Notes: generated by a model not told the origin, from the letters alone. A stretch of 64,000 nt of DNA from Lama guanicoe (GCA_013239625.1 MU053379.1:194490-258489), one strand, 5' to 3'; numbered from the stretch's first letter, positions 26,224 through 39,539 are shown. Numbers and translations are program-made.

Positions 26224-27636
26224 CCTTCATTTCTGACATCCCCTACTCTGTTTTCTCTCTCAACACTTGACCCTGTGGGCCACCATTACTGACCCGGCCC
26301 CGGATCTCCAGGTTCAGCTGTCTGGCTAACATGCCAACTCCTTAGTCCCAGGTTGAATTACTAGCCACCTGCATGTCAGGTCAGCTTTTCAAATAGTCTG
26401 TCTAATGTAAAAGTCATTCATGCTTTGAGTAACATGTAACATGGAATTCATGTATTTTAATCTCTTTCCTCCAATGGGGATAATGCCTGGGGCTACAAAA
26501 TATTATGCTGCTTTTTTTTTCAAGACTAAATTCAGCATATACTGTGGTTGTTGATATTTATTCTTATATTCTTATTGCTTCCTACTTTAAATGCTTGAAT
26601 GAAGAGTAGGGTGAGGAGATGAATTGGAAAAAGAAGAGGGACAATCAGCTGAAGCTCAGACATTCGAATGTTATTTAATAAATACAGCATGATGTGTTTC
26701 CTTGGGCAAATATCTGAATTCTGAGTAAAGGGCACTCATGCTGTTCTCGCCTCTACTTTTCAGCTTGTGGCAACTCAGTGTAGCTCGCCTTGCGTTCGTA
26801 AAAATCTGTGAGATCGTGTGGGAGAAGATTATTTCAGAACCTGAGTGGGTTCTGAGCCAGAGACTGTGGGAGGCGCACATGACGTCTGTCTGCTTTTTCC
26901 TCCTTGTGACTAAAATTGTAGTATTTTTGACTGACTTGAACTTCCAGGGATGGAAGAAAATTTGAGTGGTTTCTAAACAGCCAAGTCTGCCTTGAATTCT
27001 GCTGTAGAAGTGCATGACAGGCTACCATCAAGCAGGACCTGAAGGCTGACTGTTTTAAAAATCTCTGCAAGAGAGGAGGTGTGTTTCTCCTGCTTAACAC
27101 CTCAAAATGAATGCCGGCGAGGCAGCCATCCAGCTGTGTGTGCAACCCATTCTGTTTAAGTGTGTTAAAAAACAGAATTAAAAAAGAGGCGCTTCTTTCA
27201 GGAACAGGTTTAGGGTGGACTGGAGGATTCTGATCTGGTTAAGTGTTCATCCTTGGCATTTGGAGCTAAGTAACTTAAACCGTTTAAGCCTCAAAGGGCA
27301 GGAAACTCTGATAGCAGTGTGTTCCTGGGTGATTTTCTTTTGGCTCTGACCAAATCACTTGGAGCAAAGAAGTTTTCTTTGAAAAAAAAAGAAAGAAAGT
27401 TAAGAAGGAAGAGGGAGAAAGAACTAGTTCTGGCATAGCCCGAACGCTGATGGCGAGGGCTGAGGGATGACTTCTCTAATAAAGGTAAAGAGATGAAGGC
27501 TCTGTCAGAGCTGCACCCACAGCCATAGGCCGACTGAATCCTGTTTCTGGGTCCTTGTGTCTCTAGTGTATTTCAAAAGTGGTAGAAAAGTTCTCATCAC
27601 AGTGAGCCCCAGAGTGGTTAGAAACAGGTCAAGTTT

Positions 27637-28419
27637 CACCTCACACCAGTCAGAATGGCCATCGTTAGAAAGTCTACAAATAATAAATGCTGGAGGGGGT
27701 GTGGAGACAAGGGAGCCCTCCCACACTGTTGGTAGGACTGTAAATTGGTGCAGCCACTATGGAGGACAGTATAAAGATTCTTTAAAAAACTAAAAATAGA
27801 GCTTTCATATGATCCAGCCATCCTACTCTTGGGCATATATCTGGAAAAGATGAAAACTCCAATTCAAAAAGACACACGCACCCCAATGCTCAGAGCAGCA
27901 CTATTTACAATAGCCAGGACATGAAAACAGCCTAAATGTCCATCGACAGATGACTGGATAAAGATGTGAGAGATATATATGTATTACTCAGCCATAAAAA
28001 GAATGAAATAATGCCTTTTTCAGCAACATGGATGGACCTAGTGATTATGAAGTAAGTCAAAGACAAATATCACATGATATCACTTATATCTAAAAATGAT
28101 AAAAATGAGTTTATTTACAAAATAGAAACAGACTCACAGACATGAAAAACAAACTTATGGCTACCAGGAGGGAAAGTAGGCAGAGGGCTAAATTAGGAGT
28201 TTGGGATTAACAGATACCCAATACTTCATATAAGATATATAAACAATAAGGACTTACTGTGCAGCACAGGGAACTCTATCTAGTATCTTGGAATAAGCTA
28301 TAATGGAAAGGAGAATATGAAGGAGAACATATATTTATATGTGTATAGCTGAATCATTTTGCTTTACACCTGAAAATAACACAACATGGTCAATCAACTA
28401 CACTTCAATTAAAAAAAAA
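27637..28419 (+). mobile_element. 5'-truncated cetartiodactyl L1 3' end with poly(A) and TSD
   Basis: ORF2 C-terminus, 3' UTR and A10 tail; TSD agaaacaggtcaagttt (27620-27636) / agaaataggtgaagttt (28420-28436), 15/17 identical, at a TT|AGAAA endonuclease-type site. Confidence 0.93.
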
Positions 28420-29524
28420 AGAAATAGGTGAAGTTTGGTGTGAGAAAGGATAACAAATGATAGCATCAGTGATCTGTGTGTTTGTGTATTTTTGCATAGT
28501 AGGTAGACATAGTGAAAATATGGTGCTAATTATGCAAATGAATAATTATGTACTTAAAGGAAACACACAGTCAAGCGGATGGCAGGCTTTCTTCCTTCCA
28601 GCTCTCTCCCTTCTTGTATCACCTGAGAAGTCCTCTCAGGTCGGGGTTGGCCCTTGCAGCTCCACCCTCACCTGTGTGGGTGTAGCAGGCCCCACCCTCA
28701 GCTGTGTAGGAGGACCACCCACACAGTCTGGGAGGAAACAAAAGCTCGTGAGGCTAATATTGTAAACCTGGATCTCAGTGCATTTGATAGCAAATGTCAG
28801 GCTGCTAGATCCCATCACTGGATTCCTAAGGTCAGTGCAGAGAAGGAAAAAAAGTTTCTTTTCCTTTTTTAAAAAAAGCTTTCTGCGTTTTAGGCACTTA
28901 TAAATAAGGGACCTTCCAGAAGCAGCACAAGAAATGGCAAATGAAGAAAAAGGCTGCATCAATGGCAAACCCTTTTCCAGAAAACAGATTTTTGCAAATA
29001 TTTTTATTTTTTATTATTTTTGTTTTTTCTCATTGGAAGGAAGCTTTGAGAAAATGTCCTTGCTTTCTGGAGAGCTGTGAAGCAAACAGAAGCTCTGATT
29101 AAAAAGTGCAGCTTCCCACAAGGAAGACACCATTTGTTCCAACCAGCCTAAGATCCTCTCAGTTGGCTGGTGTTGGTATTCCAGGGGACAGACAGCTGCG
29201 AGCCCAAAGGGTTGTAGGGGAAATGGCTACCTCCTCTCTCTCTTTCCACACCCTTCATCCCTGCCCCCACACCCAGGGCCCTCGTGAGCAGACGACATTT
29301 AGATGCAGGAGGTACACGAGTCTCAGATGAAGGACACCAGGGACCAAAGTCAGTGATTATGTTAACATTTGCTGCAGGGAAAGGAGTGATTCCAGATCCA
29401 CTTCTGGATTAGATAAAGCAAAAATCGGATCAGTTTACTGATGAGACACTGACAGAGACTCTTTCCTTGACCAAATTTAGTCAGGCCTCTGAACCCTCTC
29501 CCTAGCCCCCCAAAAGCCCACCTG

Positions 29525-29828
29525 TGTGCTGAGGTGGACACTGTGGGTCACCATCCCTCAAGACTGCTTCCTCTTATTTATAGAAAAGCTGGTTTCCCAG
29601 GCCTCCCTAAGTCATAGAAGAGCAGGCTCTAGCAGCTGATTAAGACAAGACTGCAGGCGCTGGGGGATGGCAACGACTCTTTTAGCCTGTCTCAATATTA
29701 ACTGAGATCACTCCCCCATTTCCCTTTAAAATTTTCATGGCTGAGCAGAATCTTTGGAGATGTTTTTGTCGGGGGGATGCTGGTCCATCAGCTTGCAAGG
29801 GCATTCTGATTAAAAGTAACTTTCCTTT
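29525..29828 (+). mobile_element. Unclassified ERV1-type LTR segment nested in the MER67-like LTR
   Basis: Not MER67-like; has an LTR-style layout (ccctttaaaa, then ATTAAA at about 29809 followed by gtaactttcc). Confidence 0.5.
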
Positions 29829-30373
29829 ATGTTACCAGGGCTGTTGCTCCCAGGATTATACCTCTGCCTTCCCCTCGAATAGAAACCAATTGCTCTTATC
29901 TGGGTCTCAGAAGGCTGCACAGTGAAGAAACAAGAACTGGTTAGAACCAATGGAGCCCAAGATGGCAGATGATTTGACTTCTGATGGACCTTGAGCCTCA
30001 TTATACACTTTGTAATACATTATCATGCTGAATGACACACCACCAGTGCCATGACAGCTGACAATTGCCATGACAACACCTAGAAGAGCCCATACAAGGA
30101 CTGATGGGCTCCATCACACCTGGAAGGAGGACATGATGGCAGAAGCCTCCCATAAAAATCCTTGTGGTCCCACCCAGGCTGGAGCTGTCTCTACTGGCCG
30201 TCTTGGCTGACAGCTCCCTGCTCGAGCACTTTCCTCCCATTTCCCCTCCTGAGCAGTAAAGCGTCTGTTCACTTTGTCCCTCTGCCTCTGCTGTGTGAAT
30301 TCTTCCACAGCTGGTGGCAAGGACCCATACTTTGATGGGTTTATTAATTTAGGGATCCCTCTATCCACTAATA
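29829..30373 (+). mobile_element. MER41-like ERV1 LTR
   Basis: Hallmark ccaagatggc...cctcattatac...gacacaccaccagtgccatgacagctgacaattgccatgacaac, with a gaattctt...caaggaccc U5-like end. Confidence 0.7.
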
Positions 30374-31591
30374 CTTGTAGAAATCAGTTTTAGCAAAACT
30401 TTTGCTAAGTCAGGTTAGCAAGAATTCCCCACTATCAGAGTCCTTGTCCCTACCATCCCCCATGGTGACATCCGATCACCCTGAGCTACCTTCAGCAAGA
30501 GCCCTATTAGGTCAGCTCAGACAGCATCCCCCCAGACTTAAAGTCTCGTCTTAGTGATTTTCCATCCACAAACACCAACCGCTTCCTACAACTTGCTCCT
30601 TGGCTATAAAATCCCCGCTTGTTCTGGTTGTGTTCAGAATTGGGCCCAGTTCCATCCTGGAGTCCCTCTTCCCCTGTTGCAATATTTATTGAATAAAAGC
30701 GATCTTCTTTAACTTCTGTCCAGCTCCATTTTTTTCTTTGACAACATTAATGCTCTCCAGGTAAGATTTTCATCAGCTTAGACACTGACTGCAGTTCCAG
30801 ACACAACGGTGTTTGCTCTGTAACCATTCACAAGGATGACATCCTTCTTCAGACAAATCCCTGCTTCCATGATGAGTCGCTGTGGTGTGACCTGGCGAAT
30901 CACAGACCTGAAGCCCTGAAAAGCCAGACCCCTGGACTGCTCCAACTATAAAGAGAACAGGGGGTGTTTGGTAACTGCAGCCAGGAAGGCTAGCTGGAGT
31001 GACTTAAGTGTGAGGATTGAGCTTTTCACTCCCGGGCAGCAATCAGTCACCCCAGAACATTCCAAACGGACTGAAGGCATGTTCACTGTGTCCATTCCCC
31101 TTTCACTGTTGTCCCCATGCCTACTGGATTTTCAGCAAGTGGAGTCAAAACGAAGAGCTCGCAAGCTGGGCTGAGCATCTCCACTCCCTGCTGAGCGGCT
31201 GCCCCAAAACCAACAACTGTGTCAAGGAAACAATGGAATCACGATGGAATAACTCTGAGGAGCAGTTTACAGCACACTTGTTCTGCACTCGGAAATTTAA
31301 ATCGGTCTTCTGTTTGTTTTAAAACTAATTGTGTAACGTTGACCACTGTGTTCTTTCATTTGAGATCACTTACTGCGTACTTTTGAGTGTTAAAATGTTT
31401 CCTTTCTTTTATGAACTGATGACTTCTTTGGTTTTACATTGACTTTGGGCAAAATAAAAAAGTTGGTCACCATACGAAACTGAAAAAACAAACACACTGG
31501 ACCAGGGCACTCAAACATTTTAGAACCTCTAGAGAAGATGCCGTTGATCAAACCTTTACCGAGTGTCCGCTTCTGTATGGGTGCTCTGGGG

Positions 31592-31962
31592 CCGTGCCTT
31601 CCAGGAGTAATATAATGTGAGCCACAAATGTGAACCACCTATGTAATGTTGAATTTTCTAGTAGCCACATTTTAAAAAAGTAAAAATAAATGCATGCCGA
31701 ATTTTAATAATATATTTTAATGAACACATCTCATTCAAAATATTTTGACATATAATCAACACAAAAGTCATTGTTATTATTTTATAAATTTATATTTATA
31801 GTTTATATTTTATAAAAGCTATTGTTTTATGTTCTTTTTTCACACTAAGTCACTGAAATCGTCAGTGTTTTGCTCTTGCAGCTCATGTGAACATGGACCT
31901 AGCCACCTCACACATGCTCAAGCAGCCCACGTGGCTCAGAGCTACTGTACTGAGCCATGCAG
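31592..31962. mobile_element. MER33 hAT-Charlie MITE
   Basis: aatataatgtgagccaca...aattttctagtagccacattttaaaaaagtaaaa...ctagccac...cacgtggct...gctactgtactg. Confidence 0.85.
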
Positions 31963-32199
31963 CCCCAAGGATTTGCAAGGTTAAAAGCAGAGGGTCTCTA
32001 GCCTCCTAGAGAGGAGATAAATAATGTACATTCTTGTTATTCAAGGCAATGAGAAAGAGTAAATATACAAAACAGGGACTTGCCCTGTGAAATACTTGCA
32101 TCCATGGGGATTCGGGAAGGTTCTGTGTGGGTGGGGGCAGACCTTGAAAGATGAATCATGGGAGAGGGGCAGGCTGAAAGGGACCCCACATGGAAAGGC

Positions 32200-32610
32200 T
32201 AGCTGGAGAGGTTTAAAAGGGGTTGTGCTGGCACTAGGGCACACAGCCCAAGGACCCCAGCCTCTTTCTCTCACTCTCACCCCCACCTCGTACCAACCTG
32301 CCGCTCAGGGAAGCTGCTTCTGGGTGATACCACCGAGGGATGTAGCTTTCATCTTCTGCCTCCGTGATGCCCTCGCCTGAATCTCTGCCTTGGGGACAAG
32401 TGGGGAGACTTCTGTCCTCTTCTCAGTCCTTGGCCACTCAGCCCGGAGATAGCAGCTGATTTGGGGTTTGTGCTTTTGCACTTCTTAGAGTTTTCTTTTA
32501 CCCCTTCTGGTAGTTAAATACCTTCTACTAGTTAATATTTCATTAGATTAAACTTTCCTTGTTCAAATAACTGGGGTGGCTTTTGTCTCCTGTTTAAACA
32601 TTGACCTATA
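32200..32610 (+). mobile_element. LTR33-like ERVL LTR
   Basis: 3' end attaaactttccttgttcaaataactggggtggcttttgtctcctg. Confidence 0.7.
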
Positions 32611-32711
32611 TCCTTATTCATTCTCTCTTTCTCTCTCTTAAAAACTTACTTTTATTCTCCGTGTTGTTTTTATTTGACTTAAGAGGGCTCTGTTCCACAC
32701 TTATGCAGATT

Positions 32712-33201
32712 TGTCCTGGCTTCATTGTGTGTGCTGCAAACTTTGCCACACTCTGCCCATATCCCTGGGGCATCAGCACTTCAATGTGCCCACCTACTTC
32801 CTACTGCCAACATCTAAATCCCCTTCTTGTCAGCTTTCTCTGAAGCTGCAGAGGGGTGCTCTGCCCAAGCACATGGCAGGTCAGACATCCAAAAAAATTA
32901 ATACACCCTAAGAGAAGGTTCAGCCAGTGACCAACAAGATTCAGGGTACAAACACCCCAGAGCACTGGCCCTGCGCTCAGGGTGACTCTGAGGTGTGTGT
33001 CCTACATGGTCCCCCAGAGTCTTCCATGGGGTGAAGCTCCAGCACCTTCAGGGGTGGTTGGCTTAACAATGCACCCTTTACTGACAGCATCCCCCCCACC
33101 CCCGTCTCAGATCCAACATCTCCTGGGATCACCTCCTAAATAAAATGCTTTCACTAGAACTGTTGTCTCAGCCTGGCTCCTGGAGGAACCAGTTTAAGAC
33201 A
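32712..33201 (+). mobile_element. LTR16(A/C)-like ERVL LTR
   Basis: Contains gtgactctgaggtgtgtgtcctac and tcctgggatcacctcctaaataaa...gtctcag...ggaaccagtttaagaca. Confidence 0.75.
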
Positions 33202-33772
33202 GTCTGACACCCCAAGTTCACTGGGGATATGTATTAGGTTACAGGGCGACTCACCGCGTATAAAGCATACAGGTCCTCAGTCATCACACCAACTCATCCA
33301 TTGCAATTGGAGGAAAGCGAATTGTCCCTTTTAAAATCTTTAATGTGCTTTGAAGCTGTGAAAACACGTTACTGAAACATCTGTTTGGTTTATTTACTTC
33401 AGTCCAATCACCAGTCAGTTCAGCCAGAAGCATGCTTGCTGGCATAAACCAAATACCCAGGGACCCGCTGAAACTTTCCACGTTCCAGTTACTTGCTTTG
33501 GTGTTGCTGGGACACATCTGCCACCTCAGCCACCTCCAGAATCAACCGAAATCAGCAGAGTACCCCTTTCCCCAGGCTGTTGTGAGGATAATCCCTGAAT
33601 ATTGTCGTGAGACACATGGCACATGGGGAAGCGTTATGCAAATGTTAAGTTAACAGACATGGAACAGTCTATTTAAAGGTACCAGGGAAAACTGATGGAG
33701 GTGTCCCAGTGCTTAGAACTTGTGTTATTTTTCCCCTATGCAACACTAGTTACAAAGATATCTTATTCAGTA

Positions 33773-34046
33773 ACAAACTATGGGTACCAGGGGAAAAAAG
33801 GCGGGAAGGGATAAATTAGGGGTTGGGGATTAAAAGACACATGTTATTATATATAAAATAGATAAACAACAAGGACCAACTGTCTAGCACAGGGAACTAT
33901 ATTCAATTTCTTGTAATAATATAATGGAAAAGCATCTGAAGAGAAAAAATATACATGTATGTATACGTATAACTGAATCACTTTGCTGTGCACCTGAAAT
34001 GAACATTGTAAATCAACTACATGTCAATAAATTTTTTTTAAATCTC
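33773..34046 (+). mobile_element. Short cetartiodactyl L1 3' UTR insertion with TSD
   Basis: Contains tagcacagggaactatattcaa and taactgaatcactttgctgt; exact 12-bp repeat tcttattcagta at 33761-33772 and 34047-34058. Confidence 0.9.
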
Positions 34047-34170
34047 TCTTATTCAGTAGATTTCCTGTGCACTTGCTCTTATTACAAATATGAGTCGTTT
34101 CTGGTCTTGGTCATACACCCGTTTTGCTTATGAAGATAACACAGAGCTGACAAGTAAACATAAAAACGAC

Positions 34171-34663
34171 TGCTATGGTGGGTTGCAAATATGACCCAAC
34201 CCATCCCTCCTGCACCCACCCCTTCCCCGCGAGATTTTGCAGGAAGATGCTTCCTGCCGTGGGAAGCCCACCCACTCGCAGACGCTGGGCTCGGTCAGGT
34301 GACTTGTCGGCAGACACCACACAGCAGAGGCGTGGAGTGAGCCTGCTTATTTTAGCTCGTGCTCTCTCTTGCATCATCTCTGCCTTTGCCATGAACACCT
34401 GGGCTAGTTTGCTGGAGGATGACAGGCATGTGGGGCAGGGCTGAGTCACCCCAGTCACCCCAGGTGAAGCCGGTCACCATCAGCCAGCAGTAAGCCATCC
34501 CCCACCCATGTGAGTGAGCCCAGCCGAGAGCAGAACCACCCAGCTGAGCTCAGCACAAATAATAAACCCATGGACTCATGGGCTAAACCTATGCTTACCA
34601 TTTTTAGTGATTGAGCTGTGGGAAGGTGTGTTTGGCAGTGTTACGTGGGTGCATAATTATACA
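34171..34663 (+). mobile_element. MLT1H-like MaLR LTR
   Basis: Starts tgctatggtgggttgcaaatatg and contains catgtgagtgagcccagccgagagcagaaccacccagctgagc. Confidence 0.7.
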
Positions 34664-36939
34664 CCTGATGTGATCAAGCCTACCAGCCATTTCTCCCGAG
34701 GTGCTGGCCGGTCCAATTTCCTACATCTCCTCAGCATCGTTGGCAGCCTCCGACTCTCTGCACTGCTTCACTGTCAAAATTTTCCCTCTTCTTCACTCAA
34801 GAATTTCAAAGCTTTTCAACATTTTTCTTCCCTTGACATCATCTCTCTTTCTGTCTTGCTATTACCCAAATATGGAGGCAAATGGTGCGATCTTACAATT
34901 CCTCAGTAAGTTTCAGGCCCCCTTTCACCTTTTCCAACTAGAGTTCATTATGACACAGCCGGCAGCAACAAAAACATTTCATTACTCTGACAGACAGCTT
35001 AAAATAGTTTTTCTCTGGCATTCTCCAAGCCATCGTGGGAGCTGGAGAAACACACGGTGGGTGGGAAGAAGCAGATTGGCAAAGACATTTCTTTTTTTTT
35101 TACTCAAAGGGCTGCATCTATAGTTTTCATAGCATTTGACACTTGGGTTGGAACTGCAAGAGCTAATTTTCCATAAACCTCAAATAATTTTAATAGTACA
35201 TTCAGAAGAAGACTCCTTTCCGTGAACACACTTACTCCTGAAGCACACGAACAGCTGGGCTCCCTTTGTGGGGCTGTGCATGCTTTTAGCTCATTGTAGC
35301 ATCCCCTTCCTCTTCTGTCCTTTCCTCCATCAAAGCTCTATCATAACCCTGCAAGAACTGGGAATTAGTGAAGATTTTACCGGAGAAGCAAAGGATGAAT
35401 TCATATGGCCCATCATTTTGAAAAAAACTCCATGAAAAACTCTTTCACCTTTTGTCCTAGGGAGAAGGAGCTTTACAAGCAAACAGTAATATAAATATTA
35501 AGGCTCTGATATTTCATATTATATGGGTAACAGCACATAGTGTAAAATCTGGAAGAATGTTATCTCCCTACCTCTGCTGGAAACACAACATAGCTTCAGA
35601 AATTTGAGGGCTCCAAAATTTCTGGCATTACTGGATTACCTCCTGAGTTCTGTTTTGTTTTTGTTTTTGTTTTCAGGGGGTGGATTCATGAGCATTAGCC
35701 AGGAAACAGTGGTATCCAAGAGGAATGTACCTGGAGGGGCAGCTCTGCAGCCAGTGAGGAGATGAGATGAGAAAGACATCTCCCTGGAGTTTACCAGCAC
35801 TTGGAGCCTCAGTAGACACCATCATGCAGGGTTGTAGCAGAAAAGGAAGAAAACGAAGGCAGCCATTTATCTTCCAACAACATGTGTTTGTGAGGAAGTG
35901 TGGGTCATTACTAGAAGTGCGCAGAGATATGTGTGGGGTTTGTTTCACAGAGCACTGGAGGGTCTGCTATATTCGATCGGGTAAGAGCCAGCAATGCAAA
36001 TGTTATTTCTGGCTTTAAGGGAAAACATGAGTTGTATGTGAATAAAGACTCCACGTTCTAGAAATTCAAGAAATTCAACCTTTTCTCAGCTTCTTTAGTT
36101 TTGAATAGTATTACTTTTGGAAATTCTTCATTTGCCTTTATTTAATTGCAAACACATGGTATTAGGTGTAAGGGAAACCAAGAGAAAGTGTGGGCCATAA
36201 AATATTCACTTGAGCTTCTAATTTTGATTCTGGAGCCAAAAAATAAAATGGAAATAAAGGAAGAATGTTCCAAAATGAGTCATAAGATCCACAAAGGTCT
36301 GAAAAAATGATTTTAACTCACAGATCATATTAGAATATACACAAGCTAATGAATCATATACCAGTGCTGCTTTCTGGAGTGCTAACAGATGGCACATTCT
36401 CTGAAGGGGCGTGAAATTTACTCATCTCTAGAAAATCCACTCGGATAGAGAGCAAGTAGCACTGAGTTCAGGGACACTCAGGCAGCCTGTGTCCATCTCT
36501 GTGTCCAGTGCTGAGAACTGGCCTCTGCACAGAAGTCCACCTCCATCTCTGCACAATGGAAACTTATGATTAGATGAGAATACAATGCAGAGGTGGATTG
36601 TTTCAGGGGACTGTCATATCCAGACTCAAAAAGGACTGCAGAAGCAGAGTGTTTTCTCCTTAAAGAGGAGGTTTTAAAACTGTTGGTTTTACCTAGTTTG
36701 TTTACATAGAAAAAGGATGAATGTTATTGAAAGTGAAAAGAGGACAACTGAGTAGCCCCTCAAAACTCAGAGACGATGGTCATTGGCTTGATTGGGTCCA
36801 CATGGGCTTCTTTGCAACCTTTCCATCAGACACTCGAGTTTGTGCCCACATCTCTTTTACCATTAGTTTGCCCCTTCCTCAGTTCCTGTTTTGTTTTGCT
36901 TTTAATGGGCTTTATCTTGATTCTCTTCGAAGGCTACTC

Positions 36940-37222
36940 ATTGGGTTTCTAGAGCCACTTTGCCCACTTGTGCAGAGTAGGAAATGCCTCTGAGTTTAAA
37001 ACCCCAGGGTGGTCATTAGCAAAGACTGGTGAAGGCTCAGCTCCTTATGCTCTGGAGCTCCTCTTAGGCTGGGGTGGAGCCTGCAATCACACCCTTGCTT
37101 GACTTCCTCCCCTTCCCTTGTCTGGCTTCTCCACTGCTTCACTGATTTCTCCTGAGAGAACTTCTTTAATATATTCTTGACAAGTTCTTCTTAGTGGCTG
37201 TTCCTAGAAGTCCACCTAATAT
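36940..37222 (+). mobile_element. LTR16-like fragment
   Basis: cttcctccccttcccttgtctggcttctccac...tttctcctgagagaacttctttaata. Confidence 0.5.
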
Positions 37223-38499
37223 CCTCTCCAGCAGATAGGCCTGTCTATCCACATGCCCAGTGGGGCTTTCCTGCCCCGCACTGGTGTCTGGTTTTAGACT
37301 GTAGACTCTCTTACAGGTGGTGCCCAAAAGCATTTCATCAGAACATCTCAGGAAGGTGAGGGGGTAGCAGGATTCTGAACTCCGTTTTTTGTTTTTGTCT
37401 TTTGGAAACACCCAGACTGGAAGGATAGTAAGCCTTAATCTTCCAATGACAGGAATAAAAAGTGACTTTTTCGTTTTGAGAAGTATGACTAGGGAGACTG
37501 ATAAATTGACTCTCTTGGTGAACAAAGGAATGCCCCCTCCTCTCAGTCAACAAAAGCAGATAGCTTCCTTCTTGAAACCTATTCAGGCTGGAGGTGCGTT
37601 AGAAGCTAATTCTGAATCTGAAGAAAGGAGTCACAATTAGCTCACACGGAACATTTCATAATGTATTGGTTACCATGTATGGTGGATTCTCAGGACATTC
37701 GCCCTGAGAATCAGGAGTGTCAGGTGGTAGGTTTACCCAGACGTGACGAGGAGGTATGAAGTCTCCTAGCCTAGAGCTCAAAGTCAGGGTTGCTGATGTT
37801 AGGAGCAAATTTAATTCATTTCTGCCCTCTCACATTTCTTAATGGAAGTTTTTTTTAAGAAGAACTGATCCTAGTCAAATTTATGTTCTGTGAGAATACA
37901 GATAGACTTTACTTGAGGAGACTTGTTTATTTTAATCTGCAGGACTTCTCAGAACCTTTATCTTGCTAATGTATGTTGCAAATATCTCAATACAGTATTT
38001 CCCAAACTTAGTGGCCATAAACTCTGTTCTTTTCAGAGTTATCTTGGCTGCTACAGACACGCTTGTGAACGGTTAAGTTTTCTCTTCGTTTCTCCCCTGG
38101 ACTTCTTTGTCTCCTTTCTTTGATTTCTTGCACGAGCCACCTAGTATGAAAATACATATCAGAAGTTACGTGTCTTTTATTCTCCTATTCACTTATCATT
38201 CAAACTCAGATACCTTTTCTATAAAAATTCAGAATGCATTTCTTGGGAGGGTTAAAGTCCACTACATTCTAAAACGATATATTCTGCTATTCCAGGTGCA
38301 TATTTCTGTCTCCAAATAGGTTAGAAGACCCTGACTAACAGAGTAGAAGTTAAATTTTTTTGAATGAAATTCAACACTGATATTAACATTCAATCAATAC
38401 AATTAATATCATAGTTCTGAAACTTACCAAGTGTTGTCACTAGGAAGAAAAGTTTACAATAACCTGGGAAATGATCATAAAATGTGAACTTTTAGAATT

Positions 38500-38700
38500 T
38501 GCTCTTCACTCTCCCTGAGACAGTTCTCCCAGAGAGCTTTTATCATCTCCTGATATATTTATATGTATATGTTTTCTCTTCCTTCTAGAATACAGGTTCC
38601 ATAGGATCCAAGACCTCATGTTGCTTGCTGCTGCCTCCCTAGTACCAGGCACACTGCAGATGCTCAATATGTAGCTGTGGAAAGAAGGAAGGAAGAGAGG
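38500..38700 (+). mobile_element. L2 3' end
   Basis: ctagaatacaggttccatagga...cctagtaccaggcacactgcagatgctcaat. Confidence 0.6.
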
Positions 38701-39539
38701 AAGGGTGAGAGGGAGAGGGGAGGAATATAATGGATATACATGGACATGGTACTTCTGTGCTTTTTGCCAGGATGAGACTGCTGCTTTACACTCATATCTA
38801 AGATAAATTGATGTCCCATTAAACAATGGTATAAATCTGACACTTGAGTGATTTAGAATAAATCTATCGACAGAATAGTTAAGGAATTAACTGTGAACTG
38901 AAAGCTGGTATGGACATCTCTTGTTTTGGCCAGCTCACTTGAAACATGTATTGTTAGACAGTTTAATTGATGCTAAATCTATTAAACACAGGGGCAACCA
39001 GGCTAAAAAGAGATGAGTGAAGTTTAATGTAAGGAATCTGAGGGCTGGGACTGGAGTGGTGGCAGTGGAGGGGAGGTGCCATGATTGGGAAGAGGTTTCA
39101 AGATGTTCCAACACTGCTATTTACACTGCTGCTCCATACCGCCCCCACACCCCCTGCAAAATAAAACAGAAAATCAAATCAGTTGGGAGATGCTGATCCT
39201 GTATTCCTATAGGAACTTGTTTCTTACTTTTCAATGAAAGCCAATGGGAGAAAAAAGAATCTCTTTACTAGAACTGATTCTGTAAAATCAACTACTTTGA
39301 GAATGTGAAAATGGCTGTGATTCTCAGTGCCCCAGTAACAGAATAATGTAACAACTAAACTCTTATGTCCAAGATGGTTACAACGGTAGAACTGCCTTTT
39401 GCAATAATTCCCCCCTTTTTTTTTACTGATATCATGAATCTTCCACTTTTCCAAATTAGAAATCTCAGAGTCCTCCGTGACCCCTGCCTCCCTTTATTTC
39501 TCTACACAGTCTACCGTCAAACCTTATCATTTCTTCTTT

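Larger units (their letters stand above)
29450..30743 (+). mobile_element. MER67-like ERV1 LTR interrupted by younger LTR sequence
   Basis: Starts TGACAGAGACTCTTTCCTTGACCAAA and resumes at about 30374 (cagttttagcaaaacttttgctaagtcag). TATAAAA at 30605, AATAAA at 30692, ends tttctttgACA. Flanks acac/acat. Confidence 0.8.

Noticed and set aside
26223..27637. Treating the 24-26 kb L1 and the 27.6-28.4 kb L1 as one interrupted element
   Set aside because: The downstream piece has its own TSD, and ORF2 sequence between the two is missing.
29829..30373. MER41-derived STAT1 enhancer
   Set aside because: No intact TTCNNNGAA found by eye in this copy.
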